Below, piece by piece: positions 25,613-39,075 of a stretch of 64,000 bases of DNA. Each line of letters begins with the position of its first letter. Position 1 is the stretch's first letter. The stretch comes from Chiloscyllium plagiosum (lineage: Eukaryota), in the NCBI RefSeq assembly GCF_004010195.1, contig NC_057719.1, forward strand, positions 27,943,072 through 28,007,071, in the 5' to 3' direction. Under the pieces are notes generated by a model, which made no database searches, had not been told where the DNA came from, and worked only from the letters and a program-made list of their open reading frames with translations. Both the position numbers and the translations under genes were made by a program.

Positions 25613-26562
25613 GTTTGGTGAACCGCTGCCCCTTTGAGAGCAGCAGTTGCTTTGAGGACCATGGTTCCCTCTGGCCCAATCTCAAAATGGCAGCGATGAA
25701 ACCTCTACCACTGCCATACCAACACTGTCTCTACTGTTGTACCTTAACCAGCCATCTCAGATTGCTGCCACCCATGATAATTGTTGTAGCATTGGACTGG
25801 ACCCTCACCCACAGCTGCTTGACGTCCATCTACAGCCTCCCTAATAAAAATTAGCCAAAATAGTGGCTCATGAAACTTTGGGATCAATTAGAACTCAGGA
25901 TCAATTCTTTACAAAGTTCAGGGTCCATTAGAAGAAGCCATTAACCTTTCTGTTAAAAAAAGCACTGACATTCCAAAATTTCAATTACAAAGTCAAATTA
26001 AGCAATATCAAATGACTCCTATTTTGGGTCAGTATCTTCATATGATTCCCTAGCAGCTTAATTTGAAGCCAAGGATTGAGTCACATATGTTTGGAAATGA
26101 ATGAATAATCTCACTCAGGCAAAATTTGAGCGACTGAAAATATTCTTCTTGCGAGCTTGGAAGAAAAATGCCTTGTCTCCATTCTTCATTTCCATTGCCA
26201 TTCTGGCATTGAGACTCAAATTGCATCCATAATTAACACAATCCAACACTGACCAAAGGAGCTAAATTTAAGTAAATTCAGAAGATCCTTTGGGCTTTTG
26301 GATAGTTTTTCAGAGTCTGACTGCATGGCCAGCTCTTGTGACATTACATCAGCACATGAGCATTACCAGTTTACAGAAACCCCATTAATTCGGGATTCAT
26401 TTTTCATCAATGTGTGAGATTCATATGGACTGACTCAACTCAAAAGGTTTTGACATAATAGTGATTTGTGAGGTGGATGTATGAAACTCTGTTCACCTCA
26501 GGATTCCAGCTAAATTTGCCTTCTAATTATTTTTAGTTGTTGTGAATTTTGAGCTCTTTAGT

Positions 26563-26674
26563 AGGAGAAAATAAGGACTGCAGATGCTAGAAGGCTTATG
26601 CCCAAAACTTCGATTGTCCTGCTCTTTGGATGCTGCCTGACCTGCTGTGCTTTTCCAGCACCACACTCTCCAAC
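26563..26674. mobile_element. Short PLE-type insertion with 5' inversion
   Basis: TSD tttgagctctttagt at 26548-26562 and 26675-26689. Confidence 0.8.
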
Positions 26675-27127
26675 TTTGAGCTCTTTAGTGTTGATTTTTT
26701 TAACTGTTTGAATACTTTCAGGAAACTGGCTGTCTTCCTCCACTTGGTATAATGAATCTCCTGGCCAATGAATACAAGGCACCCAGGTTCCTACTAGTGG
26801 GCAATTTGTGGAAAAATTTGAGTAGATGTAAACCCCTCTCTCCCCATTCTCCTTTCTTGAGTCACCCAGCTATTTGAAAGCCCTTGGTGCAGAAATAACG
26901 ACGAATACTTATGTAGCACCTGATGGAAACATTCCAATCCACTTCAAAAGAGCACTACAAAACAAAAGATGGAAACTTATAGATTTCTGAGGTACATGGA
27001 CTAAAGCAAGGCATATGCCACAATGAGAAAAGAGGTCTGGCAAATCATCTCAACACATCTGCTGTGCTTTTAGCAAAATGCAGAGTGAGATTCCCAACAG
27101 GCATTGCTCGTGAGCTACCAATTGACC

Positions 27128-27290
27128 ATAGAACCCATACAGTGTGGAAGGAGTCCATTCAGCCCATTGAGTCCACACTGTCCCTCCAAAGAGCATCCCA
27201 CCCAGACTCAGACTCTATCATATCCCCACATCTACCTGGTTAATCCACCTAGCCTGCACAGCTTTGGACTGTGGGAGTAAACCTGAGACA
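27128..27290 (-). mobile_element. HE1-type SINE fragment
   Basis: gagcatcccacccagac...ctttggactgtggga. Confidence 0.7.
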
Positions 27291-27839
27291 GGGGTGAAGT
27301 TGGATAATGTCATGGAGGTGGAAATAGGTGTTCTTAATTGTTATAATTGCTGCTGGGGATAGTGGACAAGTCAGTTCTGAGAGTGAGCCTGGCTTGATAG
27401 ATCATAAATTTTATTTTGTTTTTATTTACTGTGAATGTCAGTCACTGAATATAGTCACATGAGGCTGCCAATGCACTTTTGTACTGTGTACAAAAACAAT
27501 TGGAACTACATCATTACAAACATAAGAAAGATAGATTCATCCATTTTATTCCAGCAATTCCTTCACTAACATTCAAGCATCAGTGAAGAATCACCTCACC
27601 TCCACACTAAACCTTTTTGCTGAACTGACACAGCTGTAATCGGCTTCCTTTCAACTTCTACTCAATGTTTTTTTTTTCAGTTAATCTCTATCTTCAAGCC
27701 TCTTAAAACTAGCTGTTAATTCAGCTCAAATATTATTTAATACAAGTTCCTCAAACTCACATCTTCACTAACCTTGGAGAATGTCTTCACTGCTAACAAC
27801 TCCGACAGATTGAAGCTTCCAGAACTTTCTTGTCACTGA

Positions 27840-28505
27840 CTAAGGGTAGTTAAGAAGATGTTTAGCACGCTTACCTTCGTTGCTCAGACTTTTGATTATA
27901 GGAGATGGGATGTCATGTTGAGGTTGTACAGGAGTTGATGAGACCTCTTCTGGAATACTGTGTGCAATTCTGATCATCCTGCTATAGACAGGATATTATT
28001 AAACTGGAGAGGGTTCATAAAAGATTTAACAGGATGTTGCCACAAATAGAGTCATAGAGTCATAGAGTCATAGAGATGTACAGCATGGAAACATGGAGGG
28101 TTTAATTTATAAAAAGAGGCTGGGATGTTTTTCACTGGAGTTTAGGGGGTTGAGGGGTGATCTTACTGAGGTTTATAAGGTCATGAGATAAGATGATTAG
28201 CAAGGGTCTTTTCCCTAGGGTGGGGGAGTTCAAAACCAGGGGGCATATTTTTAAGGTGAGAGGAGAAAGCTTTAAAAAGGACATGAGGGGAAGCTTTTTT
28301 ACACAGAGAGTGGTTAGTGTGTCAAATCAACTACTAGCAGAAGTGGGTGGATGTAGGTACAGTTACAACATTTAAAAGACATTTGGATAAGTACATGAAC
28401 ATGAAAGGTTTGGAGGGATATTGGCCAAATGCAGGCAAATGGGACTAGTTTAGTTTGGGAACATGGTTGAAGTGGACTACTTGGATGACTCTAAGACTCT
28501 ATGAT
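27840..28505 (+). mobile_element. CR1 LINE 3' fragment with a small inverted tail insert (agagtcat)n at ~28048-28093
   Basis: GEFKTRGHIFKVRG...FFTQRVV. Confidence 0.85.
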
Positions 28506-28569
28506 AAAATTCTCAGGATTTCTTTCCTTCCCTAACTGCTTGGAGACTGCTATTAACAATAGCTCTGCT

Positions 28570-29640
28570 GTTGAAGTGTCGACACAGATACCACCATTAT
28601 ACATGGAGACACCACCCACTATGTACGCAGCAGGTACTCATGTGACTCAGCCAATGTTGTCGATCTCATATGCTGTAGGCAAGGATGCCGTGAGGCATAG
28701 TACATTGGCGTAACGGAATCTACGGCAACAGGTGAACGGACATCGCACAACAATCATCGGATAGGAGTGTTCCCTCCCAGTTGGAGAACACTTCAGCAGT
28801 CCAGAATATTTAGCCATGGACCTTGGGGTGACCATCCCCCAAGGCGGACATCAGGACAGGTAACAACAAAAAATGGCCGAGCAGAGGCTGATAGCAAAAT
28901 TTGGTACCCATGGGGATGGCCTCAACCGGGACCTTGGGTTCATGTCACACTACAGGTGACCCCATTGCATCATACACACATACACACACACACACACTCT
29001 CTCTCTCTCTCATATGCTCGCACACACACACCTCCACACTCACACCCACAAATGCAAGCTATCACAGACTTATACTCCATTAAACTCACACACAGACAGA
29101 AACTCTCTCATAGACACATAAACCTGCACACACACCCCCACATGCACACACTCTTTCAGTCTCCCCTGCACATACACATACGTATAAGTTTGTGGGGTGA
29201 ATTTGTACTTGCAGAATTACATTTTATTTGGCTCAAAAAACTGTATAAATCCATGCAAGATTCTGTAACTCCCACTTTAGAAATAGAATCAGTCTGACCT
29301 AACATTAGGGCACAGACAGACTTTAATTTCACACCTTCAATGTATTATCTGAGCTGAGAAGACACCTATTGTTAAAAGCTTTCTCGAGAGTGTAACTTTA
29401 AAAAAGTTCCGGGATTCACAAATGAAGGAAATGAAACTAACATGGTCATTCTAAAAGATGAAAATGTAGGCTAAATTTGTTTAATATTACATTCTGCGAC
29501 ACTGCAATCCTGTTGCTATAAAGTCTGTCTCTTATGATTCTGCTCCACAACCACCTGATGAAGAAGCAGTACTTCGAAAGCTAATGATTCCAAACAAACC
29601 TGTTGGACTATAACCCCTGGTGTTGTGTGATTTTGAACTC
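28570..29640 (+). mobile_element. Penelope-like element: GIY-YIG endonuclease remnant, (CA)-rich tract, pLTR with hammerhead core
   Basis: CDSANVVDLICCRQGCREA*YIGVT...RQQVNGHR...LPVGEHF; ctgatgaagaagcagtacttcgaaagcta at 29555-29583. Confidence 0.88.
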
Positions 29641-30857
29641 TGCTTTTAAAGGCCTCTTCTCTTCACATGGACCGTTTCTGACCCCCTCTCTTCTACTGGA
29701 TCACAAAACGCAAGTTAACAAACATCTTAATATTTGTCTCCCCAGTTGACATATTGGTCATTTAGCTGAAAAGACATGACTTTGTAAATTTTGTTTTTAA
29801 CTCACTGCTCAAAATTACTTTCTAATCTTTTAAAATAAAGATGCCATATTTTCCCAGAACTGAAAAATTAAAAGCTATTTGCCTTCACTTTCAAATTGAA
29901 TTACCCAAATAATTATGAACTTTCATCACATACTGATGGCAGAGATAGGAGATTGGGAACTCATCTCAGGGTCAGTTGTGACATCAAGGTGACACACTGG
30001 TTTCACATCTGACTGTTATCAGGAAGAGGGTTGGTGTCGATAGCTGGGAATGAACTTAGAACAGAAATTGAAAATAACCATTTTTGTTTTCTTGATTTTT
30101 AAAATCTGATTCTTAGTCATTCTGCAAAAATCAAATGACATAAACTCTTATTTCCTTAAAATGGACCTGGCTTCAATAATTAAGGGAACAGACTAGCACT
30201 TCTGCAGCCACTGACTAAATTCAGGATGTTACTTTCCCCCTTTGTCTCAGGTTCAAAAGCAGGACATCATTGAAAAAAAATTGTTTCCCTTCTATGCAGC
30301 CAGACAGAGGGTTTGACTGGAATGGAATGGAATGGGCAACAATTACAGCAAAGAATTCCCACCTTAAGTGTAGTTCCAGGAAATGAGCAGGCATCAATTT
30401 ATCGAGGAGAAGAGACGTTATGATCAGGAGGAGAGAATGGCATGATCATTGGAGGAGCTGAAGGGAGGCAATGTGGTGATTCTGGGGGAGAGGCCATACT
30501 GGAAGGGAGGAGAGAGATTGGCAACCAAGAAAAGGAGTGAGAGTCTTCATTTCAGGAGAGGGATGGAGGTCATGATCAGGTATATGGGGAAGTCAGGCAT
30601 TCAGATGAGATGACACTGAGGGAGGGGGTATTGATGGTAGGGGAAACAGGTAATTGTGTCTGTATAAGGTTGGAGCCTCCTTTAAGGAACTGGAAGGGAA
30701 CCCTTACTTCTGAGCCCACAACAAATGCTGAAAAATACACTTTGCTCATGGAGTTGGCAGCACATGCCTTCCTTTCACTACCTTGGGGAAATAGTCAACA
30801 TTAAAACAGGTTCCCAATTGAATGCACAGAAGCAGGAGCATCGGCTTTTTCCATTGC

Positions 30858-31070
30858 AGAGTCGAAGAGTGTGGTGATAGAAAAGCACAGCCAGCCACAC
30901 AACATCCGAGGAGAGGAGAGTCGACGTTTCAAGGATAAACTCTTCCTGATGAAAAGCTTATGCTCAAAACATTAACTGTCCTGCTCCTCGGATGCTGCCT
31001 GACCTGCTGCGCTTTTCCAGCACCACACTCTCCAACTCTGATCTCCAGCATCTGCAGTCCTCACTTTCTC
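30858..31070. mobile_element. PLE-type fold-back short insertion
   Basis: Inverted halves; TSD ctttttccattgc at 30845-30857 and 31071-31083. Confidence 0.8.
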
Positions 31071-31637
31071 CTTTTTCCATTGCTGGCCTGAATTGCATCT
31101 GCTTTGTGATGCACTCACTTTCTGTAATACCCACAGCATACAGGAACATGGAACTGATCATTCATCAAATATTTGGCAGATTGTTGGATATCTGAACAAT
31201 GTTAGCATTGTAGTTTGCTAATCTATACAATCAACGTGAGAACTTCTTTTCTCCCCTCCTCTCTTTAAGTCGTGGAGTCTTAATAATTAAGAATCCAAAA
31301 CAAAATCATAAATTGCTTAAGACGCTCAGCAGGTCTGACAGCATCTGTGGAGAGAAAGTAAAGTCAATGTTTCAGGTCCAGTGAGCCTACCTTCGAACAG
31401 ATAGTAGCTAGGAAAAGGTGATACTGCTGCTGATGACAGGGGGTGGAGAGGAGAAACAATGAGTGGATAGGTGAAGACAGAACCCAGAGGGCACGAGAAC
31501 GTTAGGCAGACCAAGGGATAGTCGGCCCGGGAAGGAGAAGAAATTTCAGTTTTCTTTCAGATCTTCAGCATCTACTGTTCTTTCTTTTATTTTAATTAAG
31601 TATCCGAGCTCTCCAAGCAACGTCACACAATTTTTTA

Positions 31638-32130
31638 GAATTCATTCACGGGATGGGAGTGTCACCAGCTAGCCCAGCATTTATTGCCCGTCCCTAATTG
31701 CCTGGAGAGCAGTTAAGAGTCAGCTGCATTGCTATGGGCAGAAGTGAGGACTGCAGATGCTGGAAATCAGAGTCTAGATTAGAATGGTGCTGGAAAAGCA
31801 CAGCTGGTCAGCAGCATCCGAGGTGCAGGAAAATCGATGTTTTGGGCAAAAGCCTGATGAAGAGGAGCTGCTTTGCATTGTTATGGGTCTAGAGTCACAG
31901 ACAAGGTAACGATGCCAATTCCCTTCCCTACAGGGCATGAGTGAACCAGATGGGTTTTTCCTAACAATCAATTCATGGTCATCATTAGATTTTTAATTCC
32001 AGAGTCTTTTTTAATTGAATTCAAATTCCACCATATGCTGTGGTGGGATTTGAACCCAGGTCTCCAGAACATTATCGGGATTTTTCGATGAACAATCCAG
32101 TGATAGTACCATTAGGCCATTGCCTTCCTC
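31638..32130 (-). mobile_element. Deu-domain SINE interrupted by a PLE-type terminus (~31739-31870)
   Basis: Same family as 760-1420; duplication tgcattg(c/t)tatggg flanks the insert. Confidence 0.65.
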
Positions 32131-33199
32131 CACGTGTCGCAAAATGTGCTGTTAGCTTGTGGGTGGTCTTCTGGGATTGTGTTCCCTAAGGTAACTATTT
32201 AACTAACCTCTCCTCCACCCCTCTAGCCATTATTATGAGGAGTTAATATCAAGCCATAAATATTAAATGCTAAAGGACTCAATTATCCATGAAACTGAAT
32301 CTTAGTCTGCTTTTGTGGTTTAAGGAAGGGACAGAATAGGGTGCTCACACTGTTTGACAGATTATCAAACTACATGCTGACTACTGTCTTCCTGACAGTC
32401 AGACATTTTGCATTATCTCCTTTGCAAGATGTGATTGTATGTGACCCAATTTTTACCAATCAGTGAGTCAGAAAGCACAACATTTGGAAAAACAATCGCA
32501 CATTATTTACCCTCCTAGCAGTATTTGAGGAAAACCTATTTCTATTCTGAATTCAACCTTTTCAGTTTGGAGGTGAACCAGCTAGCCTAGCACTCGCCAT
32601 TCCCCAAATATCTTTTCAGCCTAGGGACAGGGTCACAGTCAGTTCTGTGACACCATAGTAGCCAGTCTGAGGGGGCACAGAGCTAATGTGGGCATGATGA
32701 TGTATAGCTAACAGCCAGGAGTAGGGGCACTTCTTATCCAGGGCTTTTTGGGTTGGGTCATTCAAGGGTGTGGGTCACAGTCAGACCATCGGGCCTGTCC
32801 AAAGCAACAAAGGGAAGGTGGAGTGGGGATAATGTGGTTCAGGGAGCACTACTAAGGCAAGGAGACTCAGGAACCTATTCATGGGGATGGGCGCTGCAGG
32901 CTGGAGAGAAGAGGGGGTGACAATTGTGAAATGGGGGGGGGCGTAACTGTAATTAGAAGGGAGGAGATTTTAAAGCAGGGATAGGAATCGAGAATTGTAA
33001 GATGGTTCAAGAAGGGGACAGACACTTGGGATGGTCACTTTGTATGCCAATGTCTGGGGACAAAGGTGAATAGTGATAGTCATATAGACTGCTTGTATGG
33101 GAACCTGAGAGGTGTGAAGCAACAGCAGGCTCTCAACACAGACATTGATCCATGGTAAGTCCTGTCACATGGGGCTACATAGAGACTCAAACAGATGTG

Positions 33200-34850
33200 C
33201 AAAAACAATCAAATTTCTACAAATGCAAGACGACACATAATGCTCAATGTCACTGAATGCCACCAAAGTGCCTTCAATAGGTTTCCTTCATCCTTCTGCA
33301 GCTGGGGAGGAGGGGGTCTGCCTGGAAATGCTGCCCATTGACCCTGGAGGTTTAGTGGGTGACCCCAGGGTGTTTGTGTTTCAAAGACTCAGGCATGCTC
33401 AGGACCTTGCCAGGGGCAAGTTGACCCTCCTGAGCTTGATCTTTTAAAGGTTAGAGGTGGGGCAGGCAGGATGGAGATGTGTGCGGCTTGGACTCTCTGG
33501 TGTGTCCTTCTGGTGTGACTTCTGAGGGGCCTGAGTGCGGTTCCTCACCCAGATGGCTGCCTCCAGGCACTGCATTGGCTCCTTGTGAAGACAGGCACTG
33601 CACCAGGTTCCCTGATCCGCTGGCACCTGCCTTCTGTCCTGAGGATCAATGGGACGACAGAGATTGGGTCAGTGGTCCTTTCCAGCAGACCCTACGAGTA
33701 CTGGGCCTGGTTCGCCATGGGAGCTGCAAGCCTGTTCATGGAGGCAGTGAGACGGGCGTATGACTTGCTGCACTGCTGCAGCTTCTGGGCATTGTGTTCC
33801 CCACCCGGTCCCCCATTCCTGTCTACTGCTCCTGTCCCTCCTTGATCACATAGACAAGATTCCTGATTGCTGACAACACAGGGTGCTTTCCCGCCTGGAG
33901 TTGAGCAGGTACCTGGTCTCTCGTTGTCATCTGAGTACCAATAGCCTGGAGGATTTCTTTCCCAGTCAGGTAAGCAACTGTCACAGTGAGATCTTCACCA
34001 GCGTGTGCTCTAGGACTGTCTGAGGCTAACATTACCAATAATGTGTCAGTCTAAGAGCAGGGAGGGACTCAGGGTTAGTGATTGGCATTGAGTATGGGTG
34101 GCAGTGAGCAGGGGTGGCAGTGAGTGTGGGTGGCAGTGAGTGTGGGTGGTAGTGATTGTGGGTGGCAATGAGCAGGGTGGCAGTGAGCAGGGTGGCAGTG
34201 AGTGTGGGTGGTAGTGAGTGTGGGTGGCAGTGAGTGGGTGTGGCAGTGAGCAGGGTGGCAGTGAGTGTGGGTGGTAGTGAGTGTGGGTGGCAGTGAGTGG
34301 GTGTGGCAGTGAGCAGGGTGGCAGTGAGTGTGGGTGGCAGTGAGCGGGGCGGCAGTGAGCAAGGTGGCAGTGAATGTGGGTGGCAGTAAGCAGGGTGGCA
34401 GAGCAGGATGCCAGTGAGTGTGTGTGGCAGTGAGCAGGGTGGCAGTGAGTGTGAGTCGCAGTGCATGTGTGTGGCAATGAGTGTGTGTGGCAGTGAGTGT
34501 GTGTGGCAGTGAGCAGGTTGGCAGTGAGCAGGGTGGCAGGGAGTGTATGCCGCTGTGTGTGTGTGGCAGTGAGTGTGGGTGCCAGTGAGTGTGAGTGGCA
34601 GTGAGCAGGGTGGCAGTGAGTGTGAGTCACAGTGCTTGTGTGTGGCAGTGAGTGTGGGTGGCAGTGAGTGTGGGTGGCAGTGAGTGTGGGTGATGGGAGA
34701 TGTTGCATGTGATGGTGACAGATTAGCAGAGCATGAGCCCTTGGTGCAAGTTGGGTGCTGGATCAGAGATAGAGTGAGTGTGAGGTAGAAGAGAGAACAG
34801 TGTTGGACTTACTATTGTGGAGTGGAGAAACTAATTGATTGAAGAGAAAA
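33200..34850 (-). mobile_element. Probable decayed Harbinger Myb-like gene region hosting a minisatellite
   Basis: Composition and the ggacttac...ggagtggagaaactaattgat motif resemble the end of the Myb/SANT exon; weak support. Confidence 0.35.
34075..34695. repeat. Compound minisatellite of 15-16-bp units GGCAGTGAGTGTGGGT / GGCAGTGAGCAGGGT
   Basis: Directly visible tandem array of roughly 40 units. Confidence 0.95.
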
Positions 34851-36230
34851 AGAAAATTATTTCACTATAACACAGGTCTGTGAGGCTGATTGGTGACGTC
34901 GTAATGTTCTCAGGGCAGGGTGATGATGACTCTCGGATCTTGCACCTCCATTCTCAATAAATACTGCAAGTGAGTTCGCGGGTTACCTGTGTTCACTAAT
35001 ATTCTGCCTGTAACATAATTTATGGGGCAAATGACCTGATTGGTGTAGGGGTAAGGCACAAGAGAGCAAAGCAAGCATGGTTTTTGTTTGTTGCTTCAAG
35101 TGATTGTGTTTCAGGTAAAGGAGCAACCAATTGTGCTCCTCTTCCGGTTGAAATACTTGGCAACTCTGATTACACTGGAGTGAAAATGAATGGAAAATGT
35201 CTGCATCCAGGATTGTTAATTTTCAATGATCACTGAGGAATAGCGCAAAATAATTTTCACGTTAAAGGCCAACCACACCTGCCTTGACAAGTGAAATTGT
35301 GCCTCAGGAGGAGCTAATGTCTTTAGCAGAGGAGGGTTGAATCATGCACCATCCTTTAGCTAGAAACAGACTTCATTCCCATGCTTGCTATGCTGCAAAT
35401 TGCTGCATTTGGAAACAGACTAATGCTACATTAGAACGATACTTCCACATTTTTTATTCCATTTCAGCTTTCCAGCCTTCTTACTTTTTTTTTCAATTAT
35501 TGCAATCTTAACCAGACATGACAGATACAATCCAAAAATAAACATCTGGAATATCATTGACCACTTACTGAAAGTAGAGTGGTGAAATTGGAATTTTGGG
35601 CTTGCCTTTCTCTGAACTCAGTTGTTTTCGATGCAGAGTGACACTAGAGACCCGAACTCTGATAACTGAGAGGGAAGGGATTCAACTGAGCTTCCTGCTG
35701 CTGGCTGCTGGTACAAGGAAGACAGGAAATTGACTGGCTCTCACATTGGTCCAGCTGGGCATGTCAGGCAAGGAGTGAGTGTTGGGGTATGACGGGAAAA
35801 GCCTTTCCTGCTGCCGGGCAAGCAGGAGAGACACACATGGCATTTATGGGGGTCGGAAAGCGAGCCTCTGCTCTTCCCATCCATCCTTTTCAAATTAACT
35901 TTGTTTGCCCTTTTCTCGAGTCACCGACAGCATTGTTACCAACTGTCACTCAATTTGTGGAACTTGTTCATTCAGGGTTGTGAGTTTGTGCTGGGGGGCC
36001 TTCATGTGACTGAACAGGCCGATTCTCAACCGGCAAGTCATAGGAGTATGGGCTCGCAATATGCAGTTGCACCCCGAGGGTGTGGCTTGTTTTCTTTTGC
36101 TTCCCTCTCTGCCTCACCATGAATCCATTGTAAGAATGTGACATTACCTGTTGGATAACAACGGCTGCAACAAACTCTTGTCATTACTTGAAATGCAGAA
36201 GCATTGCCTTCAAGGTTTGTATTGTCAGCA

Positions 36231-36536
36231 TGGGGGCATAGTGGTTAGCACTGCTGCCTCACAGTACCAGGAAGGGGTTCGATTCCAACCTCGGGTGACT
36301 GTCTGCATGGAGTTTGCACATTCTCCCCGTGTCTGCGTGGGTTTCCCCTGGGTGCTGCGGTTTCCTCCCACAATCCAAAGATGTGCAGGTCAGGTGAATT
36401 GGCCATGCTAAATTGCCCATAGTGTTAGGTGCATTAGTCAGAGAGAAATGGGTCTGGGTGGGTTACTCTTTGGAGGGTCGGTGTCGACTTGTTGGGCCAA
36501 AGGGTCTGTTTCCACACCGTAGGGAATCTAATCTAA
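36231..36536 (+). mobile_element. HE1-type SINE
   Basis: Head, V-domain and aatctaatct tail. Confidence 0.9.
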
Positions 36537-38747
36537 ATGTTCTCTTTGCTCACTTCTGAAACATTGGTCATGCCAGTGTTGGGACTGGGAGGGGAAATTT
36601 CATTCAGCCATTTGATTTTGCGGGCTTTCTGCCTGAATACTATAGACATGGCATTAAAGAGGATACTAGCCTGACAAGCATAGTCTGGGAGGACCATAGA
36701 TTAGGTGTGGAGTTTACCTAAAAGGGCAAAAGAGCAAGACAATTGAAAAAAAAATTTAGGGAAAGAGGCTAGCAGGAGAATCTTAAGACTTTAGATGATT
36801 AGGACTCAGAATTTAAGCTGCTGCATTGGTTTATTACAAATATTTTAGAAATGGACAATTTGTTTTTGACCATGAAAGGCAGGAAAATATTTATTTTACT
36901 TGTGAATAAATGATAAACCTTGCTTTGGCACAGAAGGCTAGAAAATAAAAACCCAGCAGGCATCTTGATTGTTGATAAAAAAAAATCAGGAAAACATAGT
37001 AAACAGGATGGAGATAGAATATTGCTATTCAACAGAATTTAAAATGTGATGGAAGAAACACAATACCATTTTCCCCATAAACTGGATTTAAGCTTTAATT
37101 AAAGAATTTCACACAATATTGGTATAATACAGATTTTAAAAGTTTGCAAAGAAAACACTGCAGCATTGTTATATTACAGAAGTAGTCAGACTTTAAGACC
37201 AGTATTTAAACAGCACTGATGTAATACAACAATGCAAGCTTGAACACAACAGCTTATGAACTGCATTTAAAATTTAAAGAGTGAAAGTGAGTTAACACAT
37301 TGAAAATGAATGATCGGAAAAATAACAGATGGAAAAACACTCAATGTCAGAGATGGGTCAAGCAGAACACAGCAAAGGACAGGACATCTTGGAGAAAACA
37401 ATCCTTGAAATCCAGGGCAATTCTTTCTGCTGCCCTGGGTGGTTAGGGATCGTGTTTATGGAGCAAATTGGAAAATTAAGGCAAAATGGAAAATCAGATT
37501 CTCAAACCCAAGAAAAATATTTCAATTTTCATCTTTAAGTTACCAGTGATGATTTCAGAATCCTGCTAACGAATGGTGTTTACCTAGTTCCATGCATTTG
37601 TGTCTCATTATTAGCCCAACTTGCTTCATTACCATGCAGCTCCTGATCCTGCTTCCCCTGGAAACTTGGTGGTGCCAAATCCCGATGTGAAAGTCAGAGG
37701 GTTACCTGACATCAACAGCTCACCACTTGCCTCACTTGGCCTTCATCCAACTCTGGACTGGATGGTGCTGAATCAATTACACAGAATAAGACCTGGGAGC
37801 AGAAGTAGGCCACTCAGTCCATCGTACCTGTTCTGTCATTCACTAAGGTCATGGTTGATCTGAAAATCCTCAACTCCATTTCCCTGTCTTACAGCTATAA
37901 CATTTGATTCCTTTACTGAGCAAAGTGATTAAGTAGAAGCTTAAATCTCATAGAAATTATTTTCAAATGAATATAATCTTTGCACAGTAATACATAATTA
38001 TTTTATGTTTTGTCTCACTTATGCTATTAACTTAAAATAAATTATAAAAATTGACAGCTATCCCTGGAACAGATGTTAACAGCTTCTCTAAGTTAAGACA
38101 TGTTGTCTCAGACATAAATTGAGCTTTTTGCAGATCAGATCAAATATCTAAGAAGCCTCTGGCTTTCCAGGAACCCATCCAAATATTTGTTGTTTTATTC
38201 AAACATTTGTAGCATTGTCTCCAAAATCCATCCACTGCATTCCCATTGCTTACTGGTCTGGATGTCATATTTCCACACAGGATGCCTGTAAGTCATATGT
38301 CTTTCCCAAGTAGTGGAAGGAAATGAATGTGGTTGGGGGAATGCTGATTGTTGCCAAATGCTATCTTAACTCATTCCCTTATAGGGAGCCCAATTAAGCA
38401 TGTCTCAAGCGATATTTCTGCCAGTTGTTGGCGTAATTTGTTGGTAGAACAACTGTTCTTAACAGGAATCGACAGTTTAATGTGAAAAAAATTGTCGAGA
38501 AGTCAGTAGAATTCCTTCAGTAGAAAGTGACCTGAAGTGAACTCTTCACTGGATTTATTAAAGCAACAGATACTTGAAATTTCTTGCATCTACTTTGAAT
38601 GCAAGCATGGTATTTAATAATGTAGAATATTAAGTTACTGTTCACATTTGCTTCCATTCTTATGTTTCAAACTGTGTCACATGCTATTATCCTTCTTTCA
38701 TGCTTTTGTCGGATATGGGATCTATTGTCATGTGTTGCTGTTCCCCA

Positions 38748-39075
38748 TAGAATCCCTGCCATGTGGAGGCAGGCCATTCAGTCCATTGAATCCAAACCAA
38801 CTGTCCAAAAAACATCCTACTCAGATCTATCCCATCCCTGTAACCCTGTATTTCCCATATCTAATCCATCTAGCCTTGGACACTATGGGCAATTTAGCAT
38901 GGTCAATCCATCCAACTTTTACATCTTTGGACTATGGGAGGAAACCACAACACCTGGAGGAAACCCACACAGACAAAGGGAGAGTATGCAAACTCCACAT
39001 AGAGAGTCACCTAAGGCTGGAATCAAACCCAGGTCGCTGGTGCTGTGAGGCAGTAGCACTGAGTCACCATGGCAA
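38748..39075 (-). mobile_element. HE1-type SINE
   Basis: Reverse complement of the HE1 layout. Confidence 0.85.

Noticed and set aside
34032..34708. Long His/Cys/Thr-rich ORFs
   Set aside because: Translation of a minisatellite.
38255..38286. Possible extra minus-strand exon HPVWKYDIQT (gtaagc donor); a similar candidate SQEEYFQSLKFCL lies near 26115-26156
   Set aside because: Phase-compatible only via the alternative acceptor and not needed, since exon 49881 joins 20139 directly. Such short candidates arise by chance.
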